NCBI GenBank assembly: GCA_946965045.2
Contig: OX337228.1
Span: 5,146,001-5,210,000, forward strand
Origin: Epithemia pelagica
Lineage: Eukaryota; Protista; Bacillariophyta
DNA length: 64,000 nt
Reading direction: 5' to 3'
The notes under the pieces were generated by a model that saw nothing but the letters and a program-made list of their open reading frames with translations, made no database searches and was not told where the DNA came from. Position numbers and translations under genes: made by a program. Shown in pieces: positions 44,358 through 56,500 of the stretch; the first letter of the stretch is position 1, and every line of letters begins with the position of its first letter.

Positions 44358-45974
44358 TTGGATTCGATGAATATGGTCATTTCGACAGTGAGTAACCATG
44401 AGGATGCACGGTATCAGTATAGACCTCAGCGGAGTGCACAGACCACGGCGATTTATCTAAAGCCCTCCACCTCTAGTGGTGTTCGAAGTACAACTGCAAC
44501 AATGCGTTGTTCGCCCCAAAAGAGTCCACTTCTGCAAAAGCAGCAAAAAGTGCATATCGCCGTTCCTCGATCCGAGCAAGGCATCATGACAGGAACTCCT
44601 ACGATGAAACCGCAAAACACAAGTCTCGACGCTGGGCAGGATGGAGGCAAGCAGGCCAACACAACATCGATGAAAGTTGGCGTGAAGGGTCACATGCAGA
44701 TGAATCACGGCACCAGTGACTCGAGTTTATCGTCGTCTCATGTAACGTATCATCTGCAAAATGGGAGTAAAGAGACTTATACACTTCCCATTACTGCTCC
44801 TCTAAACTCTCCATGCGACGATACCTCCAAGAAAAGAAGACGGCGGAGCTCCAACCTCAATCATTGGCACAACGCGTCGCTCCAACAAAGAGCCATCTTT
44901 TGTGCCATTCTGATTTTTTCTCTCTGGCAAGCAGTTCGATTGACGCAAAGGATTCACCGTAAATTCCAAGGAGAGCAGCTTCCTCCTCCCCAAACCCTGG
45001 ATTTCCTTGTCGCTGGTTTCCCAAAAGCAGGGACAACGACCATGCTTGCCACCCTTCGTGACCACCCGCAAATCGCAATGGACTCGCAGGAGAACTGCCA
45101 AATTGCCCGACCTATTCAACAAGATGATGTGAATCTGAAACGCCTGAACCGTTATCTCTTTGCTCTCAAAAACGATGTCGTCAAAGAACGGAACCAAGAC
45201 CGGTCATTGCTATTTTCCCTCTCGTCCATGATGAACAATGGGGCCAACCCTGCACTAGCTCCCCTAGTACCTGAGAATCTCATGTCTGGAATCAAGTGTC
45301 CCGACGCAGTGAAGAACTTCAAGGCCATTCACCGACTGTCTCAGCACTCACCGAACTGCAAATTTATCATTGGCGTTCGACATCCCATTTTGTTTCTGCA
45401 GTCGTTTTACAACTACAGAGTGTTGGAAGCTCACGTGAAGAACCGACCCGATATTCCGTCTCTTTTTGACATTTGGGAGCGAAAACTAAACTGGTGGGAC
45501 ATCTCCCCGGATACCACCCGGTATGAACTTTTCTTGTCCCAGTTTGGCAAAACAGAAATGAGTCTCGACCAACTACAAAATTGGTTCGTAGAACGGCCGA
45601 CGCTTGCTGTCAAGCCGAATCGTTTTCGTATCTTCCTGTATACTCTTGAGCAAATGGAAGATGTCTCCAACAATGATACGTTTCGACGAGATCTCCAAAA
45701 CTTTCTGGGACTCTCCGAAGAGGTGCAGCATTTTGGGCATGAAAACAAGATATCAAGTCTGGCAGATCAATACAAGGAAACGATTGACATTTGCTCTGCC
45801 GAATATAGTTCCCTTCGATCCGTCGCGATTCAAAATGCCGTTACGACCGTGCAGTGGATGCGCAAGTTCCTGCAATCCCCCGATGTGGTGGTGTCGAATA
45901 GGGCAGTCGTGGAGAAGCAAATTGAGACCTGGACAAGGGACCCCTGTGAAGATGCTTCTGTCAGTGCTGCTTAA
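44358..45974 (+). CDS. Type II membrane sulfotransferase-like protein; start uncertain
   Basis: One TM helix (AIFCAILIFSLW), 5'-PSB loop FLVAGFPKAGTTT, 3'-PB motif FIIGVRHPILFLQSFYNYR. Confidence 0.75.
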   Translation: MDSMNMVISTVSNHEDARYQYRPQRSAQTTAIYLKPSTSSGVRSTTATMRCSPQKSPLLQKQQKVHIAVPRSEQGIMTGTPTMKPQNTSLDAGQDGGKQANTTSMKVGVKGHMQMNHGTSDSSLSSSHVTYHLQNGSKETYTLPITAPLNSPCDDTSKKRRRRSSNLNHWHNASLQQRAIFCAILIFSLWQAVRLTQRIHRKFQGEQLPPPQTLDFLVAGFPKAGTTTMLATLRDHPQIAMDSQENCQIARPIQQDDVNLKRLNRYLFALKNDVVKERNQDRSLLFSLSSMMNNGANPALAPLVPENLMSGIKCPDAVKNFKAIHRLSQHSPNCKFIIGVRHPILFLQSFYNYRVLEAHVKNRPDIPSLFDIWERKLNWWDISPDTTRYELFLSQFGKTEMSLDQLQNWFVERPTLAVKPNRFRIFLYTLEQMEDVSNNDTFRRDLQNFLGLSEEVQHFGHENKISSLADQYKETIDICSAEYSSLRSVAIQNAVTTVQWMRKFLQSPDVVVSNRAVVEKQIETWTRDPCEDASVSAA

Positions 45975-46816
45975 CGTTTTACTACGTGTCGCTATGTCAT
46001 TGTGTTGGTGAATGGTTTCTTTCTAGAGATATCGTCCATGCTATGGCGAACTGTCGCCATCGAAAAATGGCCGAGAAAGTTCCAGTGACGAGGCTACAAG
46101 CGAAATGCCTCTTGATGTCGTTTTGTGAAAAATGTGTCTTTCTTTTTGCGTTGATTCAGTTCCTGTTGCGATTTTTGTGTGTGAAGTGAATGGATGGAGT
46201 ATAGATGAAGTAACTTGTGCACATACGACCAATCATTTTAATCGTCTAAAGCGTCTAGGAGTAACACTGTTTTGATTGTTATGGGTCGAAGAAATACTGT
46301 GGAAACATTCTTGTCGAACATACACCTGGAGTTCACAGACAGTCAGATTGGTACACAAGCAGACGACGTTGAAGACCAGGAAAAGATTTTGCCCCGGTAG
46401 TTTGGTGGAGTAAGTACCATCGAACCTCTACCTCAGACTTCCGACAATCTAAGGGACATCTCAATCTCCGACAATGATGAGGGTTCCCCATTCCCCACGA
46501 GCAATGAATCTTTCTTGCTAGAGGAGTACCTAGAGTAGCAAGCTAGGTAGACCTTAAATTGTACTCCTACTACGATAGCTCTTAGAGGAGTATGGGCTGT
46601 GTGTCGACTGTCGACCGTCTTTGACGCCTTACGTGACAGGTGTCAGATTGACACACAAGAAGTCTCACCTTTTTTTGTCCACACGATTCCACACAAAATC
46701 AAGCAAAGAATAGGAGTAAATTCGTTTCCGATTTCCGATCCATTCTCGCTCTGTCATCACTCATCGACTCCCAAACCATAGGAGAGGTATATTCCGGATC
46801 GGAGAGCAGAATCAAC

Positions 46817-49800
46817 ATGGATATGACCAATGAAGACGATGGTTTGTGGGATGGTAGGCCTGACAGATGTGTGATCAAGAATCGTTCTGATTATTCGCTC
46901 CTAGCGAGTCACTGTTGTCATGTTGTGTGTCAACGACTTTGATAGCCAATATACTAACCGTACAATTGTAATCTGCTTTTGCAGAATTGAGCCATCAACA
47001 AAGTCGCGAGATTGCACAGCATCGTGCTCGGGCTCTGCAAGAGGGAATGAACCAAATTGGTGACATTGGTCCGTCTACCGAAAACGGAGGCTTTGATGCT
47101 GTCCAGCGTGTCGCGAGACGTGCAGTCGACGACATTCAGAGAGTCTCGAGAAACGTTTATCAGTCGACAGTGGACGCTTATCAACGGTCCACGATAGGAC
47201 AAAAGAGAAGCCGGCATGCATATTATTCAGTTCCCAATCAAGGGAATGAGAACGGGGGATACCTTGATGATTTTGGGATATCCACCCGGGATGACCCACT
47301 GTTGTCGCCTGGAGCGTTCACCTCGTTTGATGATCCAGGTAACAATTCTACAAATGCAAACGCATCCAGACACAAAAAACAATCAGACTTTGTTCTTTTG
47401 CCACGACTACGTCGACGACCTGTCGCAGATGGATGGAGTGCAGCTTCCAATCTCGACCTCTATTTCAGCTCACTCTATGCATACTACTACAATCGTGGAT
47501 TGACTCCCATCATAGGAAAGGGCGTCGTTGAGCTGGTGACACTGTTCATTACATTGAGCCTTTCAGTCTTCTTGTTTGCTCATGTGGACTGGCGAAAGCT
47601 GGCCAGTTGTATCGACGAAGCAACATGCGAATCCGATTTCTTCGAGGCCTACTTTGTCCGACAGCCGAGCGGGCTTGGCTATTCCATTGTCAGGATATAC
47701 TACTTTCTTTTCATTCTATTTGGAATGTTTTCAATCTGGACTTTTTGGCAGAACATTCAAAATGCGCTGAGATCAAAAAGGGTTTTCGAGGATCAATTGG
47801 GGATAGCAGCGCATAGACTAGAAGGTGGCGCTGTTGACTGGGATCGAGATGTTGTGAAAAAGCTCTGTGAATTGCAAGAGTCTGGTGAATACCGTGTTGC
47901 AATTCATGAACAAGCTCAAGGCATGGATGCTTTATCAATTGCCCATCGTATTTTGCGAAAGGAGAACTTTTTTGTTGCTTTTTTCAATCAAGGTTTGCTG
48001 GATTTCAGTGTTCCATTTTTCGGAAAAGATCATTTCTGTGCTAGCCTTGAATGGAGCCTTCACTTTTGCATTTTCAACTTCATGTTCAACCACAAATACA
48101 ATATCCGACCTGCTTTTTACTTGGACCCTTCGTCTTTGAAACACCGATTCATTGTGTGTGGAATTGTCTATGCGTTGCTCATGCCATTTCTGCTGTTTTT
48201 CACAACTGTACATTTCGGATTGAGCAATGCCTATGACTGGAAGTCCATGGGACAGTATTTGGGTCCAAGGCAATGGTCCCTGACTGCAAGATGGACATTT
48301 CGCGAATTCAATGAGCTTCCTCACCTCTTTGATCGGCGTCTGGCACCTTCATACGAAGCTGCCGAACAATATCTGAATCTTTTCGGTCAGAATGAAATGA
48401 TGACCGTCGCTGGTCACATCCTAGTCTTTTTGGGAGGATCAATTGGAGCAGTTCTCGTGGTTTTCTATGGCATCAATGATGCCATACTTCTGCATGTCAA
48501 GATTGCAGATTGGAATTTGTTATGGTACGCAGGGGTGGCGGGAGCGATATTCTCGGCTGGGAAATCCTTACTACCCCAGGGTAAGGAAGCCAGAATACGA
48601 TATATTCGCAATGTGTATACTTCTAGAGAAAGCGCACTGGAGAGTGTTGCAAATCATATCCACTACTACCCGGACATTTGGCGTGGACGAGGCTGGGATC
48701 CCAAGACGCACAAATCTTTCTCTACCATGTTTAAGTTCAAAGCCCAACTTTTCCTTCAAGAGGTCATTTCATTGATTCTGTCTCCATACATTCTCTGTGT
48801 CTCGTTGCCCAGATGCGCAGAGGCCATCTGCGAGTTTGTTTTGTCAATCAAATCTGAGGTTCCTGGTGTCGGTGAAGTCTGTGGTTATTCTACTTTCAAT
48901 TTTGATGTTTACGGAGACGAATCATGGCACGGGCGGACTCTTGGCAACAAAGTGAATTCGTCAGAGATCGACTCGAGAAACTTCTCTAACAGTGTGCTGA
49001 GCATAGGATTCGACGAGGCATCACGGCGTTATCCCAAGCCGAAAGCGAAGCATGGTAAAATGGAAAAGAGCTTCTTTAGCTTTAAGGTGTCACATCCGAG
49101 CTGGAAGGTATCAGAATCTGGGCAGCATTTGGTCGACCGCGTTGAGCAGTACCAGCGAGAAGAAACAGCATCATTCAATCGTGAACAGCAGTTGCACATA
49201 GCTGCTGCGGCGCGGCAGCTTGAAACCCTTGCTCGCCTCGAACCTCAGGGGGCCACTACGCAGGCGACGACCACTGTTCCCAATGCACATGGACTAAATA
49301 CGATGCCCGCCATGGGAGTACTTAACCAGTCAGCTATGCAGCTACAACTGGCATCAGCAGATGCGGGAGCTGGTTTGTTCCGGAGCAACACAACCGGATA
49401 TGCCACTGTTGCTGGAACAAACCCTCCTCCTCCATCTGCCTTTGCTCATCTGGCAAGCCAACCCTACATCATCGATAGCTCTCCAGCAAACACGGAAGCT
49501 GATGAAGCCTGCTCTGCTCCTTTTGCTTTGGATGTTGAACAGGGCAACATGGCCATGAGCGGATCGCGAGTTCTCTCAAGTGATGCTTTGCCGGAACCTT
49601 CTCCAACAGACTTTAGAACAAGTCTTGCATTATCCAGCGATATACGCCGATTATTAAACATGTCATCGCTGGAAACTGGTAGTCTTCTGGACGATCCCGG
49701 AGACAGCCACAACAAGGAACGCCAGTACATGTGGCTGGACCGCTATCATTCCCACATGGCTTCCGTTCAAGAACAGGGACTGCCACATTCTCCATCGACA

Positions 49801-49821
49801 ACGAAGACGGGTGATTCATAG
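46817..49821 (+). CDS. ATG9: Autophagy protein ATG9, probable 2 exons (46817-46853, 46985-49821)
   Basis: NLDLYFSSLYAYY, HRILRKENF, LEWSLHFC, ARWTFREFNELPH and GKMEKSFFSF...HPSW. A 131-nt GT-AG intron supplies an in-frame ATG. Confidence 0.92.
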
Positions 49822-49994
49822 AGCAAAGCTGTATAAACCAAGACATGGATGTCGTGAAAATATGTTGTCCAAAAATAATTCAGATAACTCCTTGTCTAGA
49901 CATGGAAAAGCTTGGGCTACGTAGTTGCCAGTTAGTGCTTGATGGGTCACGTCACGTCAGAACATGTAATCAATGTGCTTTTCCATAGTTGACC

Positions 49995-52900
49995 TTATAC
50001 AGCTAACAGATCCCGGTACCGCTCGATTACGAAGAGGCAGATGAGCATTATTAAAAATCCCGGAATAAAAAGCAAATTCATCAACTGCCGCAAGCTAATG
50101 AAACCCATCGAAGAAATAAACATATCTCCACTGGACCGTCCAAGGGTATCAACCAGTGTCGCCAGAAGCCCGGAATTGAACGTACCCGAAGCAAGCGCTG
50201 TGGGAATAACCTTTGAAAGAGTTGACCCGATTACTCCCTCAAATGCTTGAATGGAAAGGTAGGTAACAAAGTATCCAGCAATGTACCGTTCTGGACCAAC
50301 TGCAAGAGGGTGGCCCTGGTTGTAGTGAGAAGATGGTGTTCCCATCAAGTCACTAATGTCAATCAACAGCAAGAAGCCACAGCATCCAAACGCAATAAGA
50401 TACCGCATCAATTTCTGATCTTGAAACACCAATGATAACCGACCGATAAGTATAGAGAATGGTATCACCAGGCAGCCGTTGACAAATCCAAGAGTACCAA
50501 CTTGTTGGACCTGCCATTGGTACCGATTCTTCGATAGGGCCGAAGTTGCACTCACAAGAGCTTCGATGGTGAAGACTTTCGCAAAAAGCAGCCCCAGACA
50601 AATTCGAACAGGTAGCGTGACAAGATCGAAAAAGTTCAAGACGCGATTGAACGTCCGAGTGACTTGCTGGAACAAAGTTGGATTTTCTGGTGGTTGCGAA
50701 AGGGTGCTGCTTTCGTCGAGGAATGGGGACGAGTCACCACTGGATGTTATGTGAAGAGTTCGATCAGGAGCATCTTCTGAAGCTTCTGGGAGATTTTCAG
50801 AGCTAAAGATGGCTTCAATTTCGGCCCTATGTTGACTGGAAACAGAATCCATTTTCGCTAGCTCCTTTGCTAGCTGCTCCGCCGTCTTGGATTCTCGTTC
50901 ATGCACGCTCGTGCTTAGAAAATCGCCCTCCTTGTGGTAAGAGGTATCCAGTTTTTGGGCTTCGAGTCGTTTCTGCTCCTCCAGACCATCTCGATTGGGC
51001 TCTTCAAACGTAAGTAGAACAATAACGAGGAAGGTAGCCCACAGGGCCGCCATAAAGTACCCTGGCATTGTTAAACCATTAAACGTCACAAAGCCAACAA
51101 AGGGCACAATTGCGACAACTTCAATTTGGGCCAAGAGCACAGCCATGGCCGGTCCCATGGCAGAACCGGCTGCAACGACCATTCCAAAGGACGCATTAAC
51201 GCTGGTCCGCAAGCTTAACGGGGTTGTGTCAGCAAGAAATCTTCGAATAATACATTTTGGAGCACCCAATCCGGAAATAAATCGTCCCAACAAGGCGTAC
51301 TCAACTTGCCGAGTCTGGTCCGCAAGACTGTAGAGGAGATTGCCCACCAGCAGCAACGAGCAACTCATAATCAAAGGTTGACGAAAGGAGTAGTTTGTCC
51401 ACATGGAGAACGGAATCGACGATACAAAAGCGGCCAAAGGCATCATACCAATCAAAGTACCAGACATGGCATCATGAGCATGCAGTCGATTGGCGTACAT
51501 GGTACTAGAAGGTTCGACAATGTAGTAGTTCATGCAGTACAAAAACGCACTGATGAGGTTGAGAGTCAAATTGAAGACCTGCGATCCACTCAGAGTTGCC
51601 TTCTCTGCATGAGTTGGAGGGAGTACAGCATTGTGCTGATTGGTTTTTCTGCTTCTCCATTCCGCCAAGAGTTTCATTTCGCCCGTCAGCGACTTCCCTC
51701 TCATTGTAAGAAAAGCAGGCTCCAAGCCAAGCTGATCTTCATAAGTTCCAAATTCTATCCAAAATCTCAATGTTTTTATGAAAGAGTCGGCAAGATCTGT
51801 TTTGAGGTCCATCGATAGCGACTGTGCCGAGCTCGTGGTGTTGATAATGGAAATGAACATGGCTCGTTGCGCTTCAAAGGCCGATGAGGTTTCTTCCATA
51901 GGTATTGGATCAATCCCTTCGTCAACTGGCGGTTTCTCAGCAATGGTTTTACTTTTGCTCGGGGCCACCAACTGCTGAAAAGAGTCTGCTAAAGCAATCA
52001 ATTCTTCGTGATGCAGAATCTTTCGAAAGGCGGTCGGATGTTTGACAACCTGTTTTGTGAAGTAGTCAAGCATGGGGGTACCCTCAAACGTTCGAGCGTA
52101 TCCATCATACCTTATTAAAATTTGACAAACCGTCACGACGTTGATCACGCAAAAGGCAAACAACTCTAGAATCTCTTCCCCCAACAATGTGGCTTCAGAG
52201 GTTTCGATGGGGCCATTGACAGCGTTTTCCATCCAAGAGGCGGAAGTTTGCTTGTTCTGATGCCCCGTTAGCTCTTCAAGTTTTGCAGACAGTTGCTGCC
52301 ATTGAGAATGGTAAAACAATTGAACTTTATCCATTTCCCATAACAAGAAGGAAATCATTTCAGATCGTTCGTGGCTCGACACTTTTCTCATGGTACTTCG
52401 TTTCGATCTCGTTTTATTAAAGAGCGCTCCTCCAGAAACTGCCGGTGTTCCTGGAATGCTCGGCTGACTGGATTCGGCATCGGAACTTGCTGATATTTCG
52501 ACATTATCCATGGAATGATATTGTCGATCGGGTGGAGACAGACGCTCGGATGGACGACGGCCGTCTGGGAGGGAAGCTCTGCCCCCTGTCCTTGTTGTGA
52601 CGGGGGGCGTGAAATCGCCCTTGGGAAACAGATTTGTGTCATGACCGGCCGCAGGCGGTGGCGTTCCATGAAGCGACGACCGTTGAGATGCCGGATACAA
52701 GTCCGTACTGCTGTGCTCCATGACATCTGTCCTCATGTTGCCTGGTACACTATTTCGGATGGAAGGCGACAAAAGCGAATCGACCAAGACTTGATGCAAA
52801 GCCTCATTGGACAAACGTCCATTCGGAGCTTCACGCAATAGCTTGCGCAACTTGACACGCCGTCTTGCCATACCTTTCAACAAGACTTTGAACAACCCAT

Positions 52901-53000
52901 AATCAACCGTATGTGGCGTCCAATCAATATTGTCATCGACTCGGATCGCCTTTTCCAACCATGACCGAAACGACTCCGCTTGAGAAAAAGGGATGGACAT
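49995..53000 (-). CDS. SPX-MFS protein (vacuolar phosphate transporter type)
   Basis: N-terminal SPX-like helices (DYGLFK, EMDKVQLFY, FCVIN...QILIRYD) and a C-terminal MFS with GRFISGLG and multiple TM helices. Confidence 0.88.
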   Translation of the reverse strand: MSIPFSQAESFRSWLEKAIRVDDNIDWTPHTVDYGLFKVLLKGMARRRVKLRKLLREAPNGRLSNEALHQVLVDSLLSPSIRNSVPGNMRTDVMEHSSTDLYPASQRSSLHGTPPPAAGHDTNLFPKGDFTPPVTTRTGGRASLPDGRRPSERLSPPDRQYHSMDNVEISASSDAESSQPSIPGTPAVSGGALFNKTRSKRSTMRKVSSHERSEMISFLLWEMDKVQLFYHSQWQQLSAKLEELTGHQNKQTSASWMENAVNGPIETSEATLLGEEILELFAFCVINVVTVCQILIRYDGYARTFEGTPMLDYFTKQVVKHPTAFRKILHHEELIALADSFQQLVAPSKSKTIAEKPPVDEGIDPIPMEETSSAFEAQRAMFISIINTTSSAQSLSMDLKTDLADSFIKTLRFWIEFGTYEDQLGLEPAFLTMRGKSLTGEMKLLAEWRSRKTNQHNAVLPPTHAEKATLSGSQVFNLTLNLISAFLYCMNYYIVEPSSTMYANRLHAHDAMSGTLIGMMPLAAFVSSIPFSMWTNYSFRQPLIMSCSLLLVGNLLYSLADQTRQVEYALLGRFISGLGAPKCIIRRFLADTTPLSLRTSVNASFGMVVAAGSAMGPAMAVLLAQIEVVAIVPFVGFVTFNGLTMPGYFMAALWATFLVIVLLTFEEPNRDGLEEQKRLEAQKLDTSYHKEGDFLSTSVHERESKTAEQLAKELAKMDSVSSQHRAEIEAIFSSENLPEASEDAPDRTLHITSSGDSSPFLDESSTLSQPPENPTLFQQVTRTFNRVLNFFDLVTLPVRICLGLLFAKVFTIEALVSATSALSKNRYQWQVQQVGTLGFVNGCLVIPFSILIGRLSLVFQDQKLMRYLIAFGCCGFLLLIDISDLMGTPSSHYNQGHPLAVGPERYIAGYFVTYLSIQAFEGVIGSTLSKVIPTALASGTFNSGLLATLVDTLGRSSGDMFISSMGFISLRQLMNLLFIPGFLIMLICLFVIERYRDLLAV

Positions 53001-53521
53001 GATGATATCCTATTGCTCTATATCACCACCAATGTGGGTGGATGATTATTTACCCTCCTCACTTTGGGTTGAGGGTTGAGGGTCTTCGTTGGATCTTGCT
53101 CTTGTTTGACGACGATGGTGTTGCCCCATGGCGCATGGCCCATGGCGCATTGCTTAAAATTTCAATTAACTGTGCATCCGATACTTACCAAATATCATCG
53201 GATACGAAGATAGATACTCCTAAATAATAATGTAAATGCCAAGCGAGCCAAACCTAATATTCAGCGCTACTCCTTGATCGTTGTTTCTTCTAACAATCAA
53301 CCATTATTTGATGTTGTGAGTTGGGAAATACTGATACCTTTGTTCCAGGGTGTGATGGGAGCTCACCAGACAGTAGGGCCACCGTAACGGTTCTTGCAGC
53401 ACTCCACGTGCCCTTTTATATGAAAGGAATGCGACTGAAAGGCTGTCGGAAAGAACATGCGACTGACTTTTGGTTTCGCACATCCACGCGGCGTCCAAAC
53501 TTTCTGGGTTGTGTGTGGACC

Positions 53522-56500
53522 ATGAGGAACTTGATTCTGCAACGAGAGCGCTATGTTCCACCACCGGTCGATCAAGAAGGCGGTGGGGATGCAATTGATG
53601 TCGCATACTTGGATTCGAATAACATTTTTTATGAATCTGATGATGAAGAAAGTTCAGCTTGCTTTGTTTTGCAGAACAGTGGGGAGTTACGTGCTTTTGT
53701 GAACCACAAGCGCCAAATCCACTGGCAGGTTGATCTCAACAGCACTTTGGAGAGAGATCCAACGGAGGAACGCAGCAATGGCTGGTTTTCGGTCAAGGTT
53801 CTGGCACAGGAACAAATGGCATGTTGCCTGAACCAATCTACCGGTGCCATCGTAACTGTTTCACTGCAAGACTCTCTCTCTTCATCCTCGGCGGAACCAA
53901 ATGGAGTCGAACTTGTCGGGGAGTTTGAAAATGGTATCCTTGCAGCAGAGTGGAGTCCTGATTGCCAGATTTTGGCGCTTGTTGTAAACCAAGAGGAAGA
54001 TGATGAGCAACAGACACACACCATGTTGATCACCATGACCAGTCAGTTTGAAGTTCTAAGTGAAGTACTTTTACAGTCGCGACCAATGTCAGAACCAACG
54101 TCTACAATGCCATTTCTGTTATCTTTGAGCTGGCGTCCCGATGGGAAATGGCTGGCAGTTCTCTCGTCTGGTAGAGATTCCGAAAACTCTGCCGCCACTT
54201 CACAACAACCGCCGTTTATTCTTCGAATATATGATCCAAGAGACTTGGCGTCGACGCCTCCCGCTGTAGGACGCACCGAAGATGGGAGTGGAAAACTACT
54301 ACAGAACTTTGGCGGCACGAGCACGGCATGGGCTGGTTCCTCGTGTTCACTATTACTGGCAACAACTCAATCCACAGGATCCAAACGTAAGATACGTTTT
54401 GTGGAGTCCAATGGTTTGGCGCATGGCGACTTTACTTTGCGCGACAAAAATTGTACCATCCATCAAATGGCTTGGTCACCAACCAAGGCCACAACAACGG
54501 TCTTGGCCATTCATCTTTCGACGGAATCTGTCCAAGGCGATGTCACAGTTGTGGAGGAAAAGGTACAGTTGTGGTATCGTTCCAACTACCATTGGTACAT
54601 GAAACAAGAGTTTCGGTACACTCCGTCAAATCATATAGCTTGTCTTCGATGGTCCACCCTTGAAGAAGATCATTTGACCGTCTTGTTGAAGAATGGTGCG
54701 CGTTATGTTTACAGGTTTCGGTGGCAAGAATCAATCACTTGTGCGGCTCATTCGAATATTGCCTTTGTCGTCGATGGAAGTGGATTGTTGTCAACACCGT
54801 TGGCAAAAATGATTGTTCCTCCTCCAATGTCTCATTCGAGCCTTGCTCTAGAAGCACCCGTTCGAGATATTGCCTTGGCAGATTTCCCTCCAAGCATTGT
54901 GGATGGTGATGATAGCTTCCAGGAAAATGGGAGTACCGTGATGGGTCTTGTGCATTTGTCAAACAACGCTCTGGTTGTTCTCGGTACGCAGGAAGTAAAA
55001 GACAGGGATTATCTTTCCAAGCCGCAAGTCTTGGCACAGATTAGTGGGGACATTCTACGAAAAGAATTAAAATCGGGTGACCCCAGTCTCTTTCCCTCAT
55101 CTCCTGGTTATTTGTTCCATAGTTTGCTGGTCATTTCGGTGAATCACGAAAAGGACGGAAATTCCCACAAGAGTTCTGTCGAGGCTATTGCATTGGCAAT
55201 CGATGAATCGGAGGAACGAATACTGCATTTTGTTGTATCGTACAGATCATTGACTGACGAGGGTCGAACCAATTTGGCAACAGATGTTTCTATTCGATGT
55301 ATTGACAATACCTTGTTTCAACATGGTCGTGTCCTTACCCTCACAAATTGGTTTAGCGTTGAACCGAGTTCGGCCCAGTCATCAGATCGAAGTGTTCTGG
55401 TGCAGTTGACAAATGGAGAATTGTTCGAGTACATTGTCGGGAGTGAGGGCGAGACTGGTAAAATGGAGAAGAGTGAGATGGACGCACTACTTGAACCTTG
55501 CCCATGGATCGTTGGTATAAAGCGAACTCAGACCGAGGGAGAAGACGAACATCGTGTGATTGGAATGTCATGGCGCAAAAGGCTTTATTGTGGCGAGGTC
55601 CTCTTGTCTGATTCTGTTTCTAGCTTTGATGTCTCTGATAGATATGTCTGTTACGCGACTGCAGCGGCATCTCACTGCGAACTCAAGTTCATTGCAAAGT
55701 CACAGATCTGGGAACTAGATCCGTTAATGGGGGCATCCGAAGAGAATGTTGCTATTGTATCCGCGGAATACGAGCCAAGAAATGCCGAAAGGGGATCACA
55801 CATTGTTACTGTTCTCAGTAACAAGCCGATGGCCGTGCTCCAAATGCCGAGGGGCAATCTAGAAGGTGTTTACGCACGCGCGTTGGTGTTGCCTCATGTG
55901 CTAAGTCAGCTCTGTCAAGGGGCTTACAGGAATGCTTTGGAAATGATGCGACAACAAAAAGTGGATCTCAATCTCTTGGTCGACTGGAATCCCGCAAGTT
56001 TTCTAGACAGCGGTGCCAAAGACCTGCTTGAGCAAGTTTCCAATGTGGATCATTTAAATCTCTTTATTTCTTCACTGAGAAACGAGAACGTGACGCAAAC
56101 AATTCATGCTCTCCCCTCTTGGCTACTGGAAGACCTAAATTTGTCTCTGGTTACGACTGACCAATTTGACTTTTCCACGAAGGTAAATCAAGTTTGTCGT
56201 AAGCTACGCGAACTCATGGAAAAGAGCGTCCAAGTTGGCGATGCCTTGCTTTTTCCGGTTCTCTCGACGTACGCCAAAGAAGAGCCTCCACAACTGCATA
56301 CTGCCTTGTCTCTGATAGAGTCGAAAGCTCTCGAAAATGAAGGTGCTTCGGAGGCGCGTTCTCGCAAGAAACAACCACCACTTTTCTCGGAACGTTCGCA
56401 AAGTGCTTTTCAGTATTTGGCATTCTTGGCCACGTATCAAAAACTGTTCGATACAGCACTTGGAATGTACAATTTGGAATTGGCCAGAGCCGTCGCCCGG

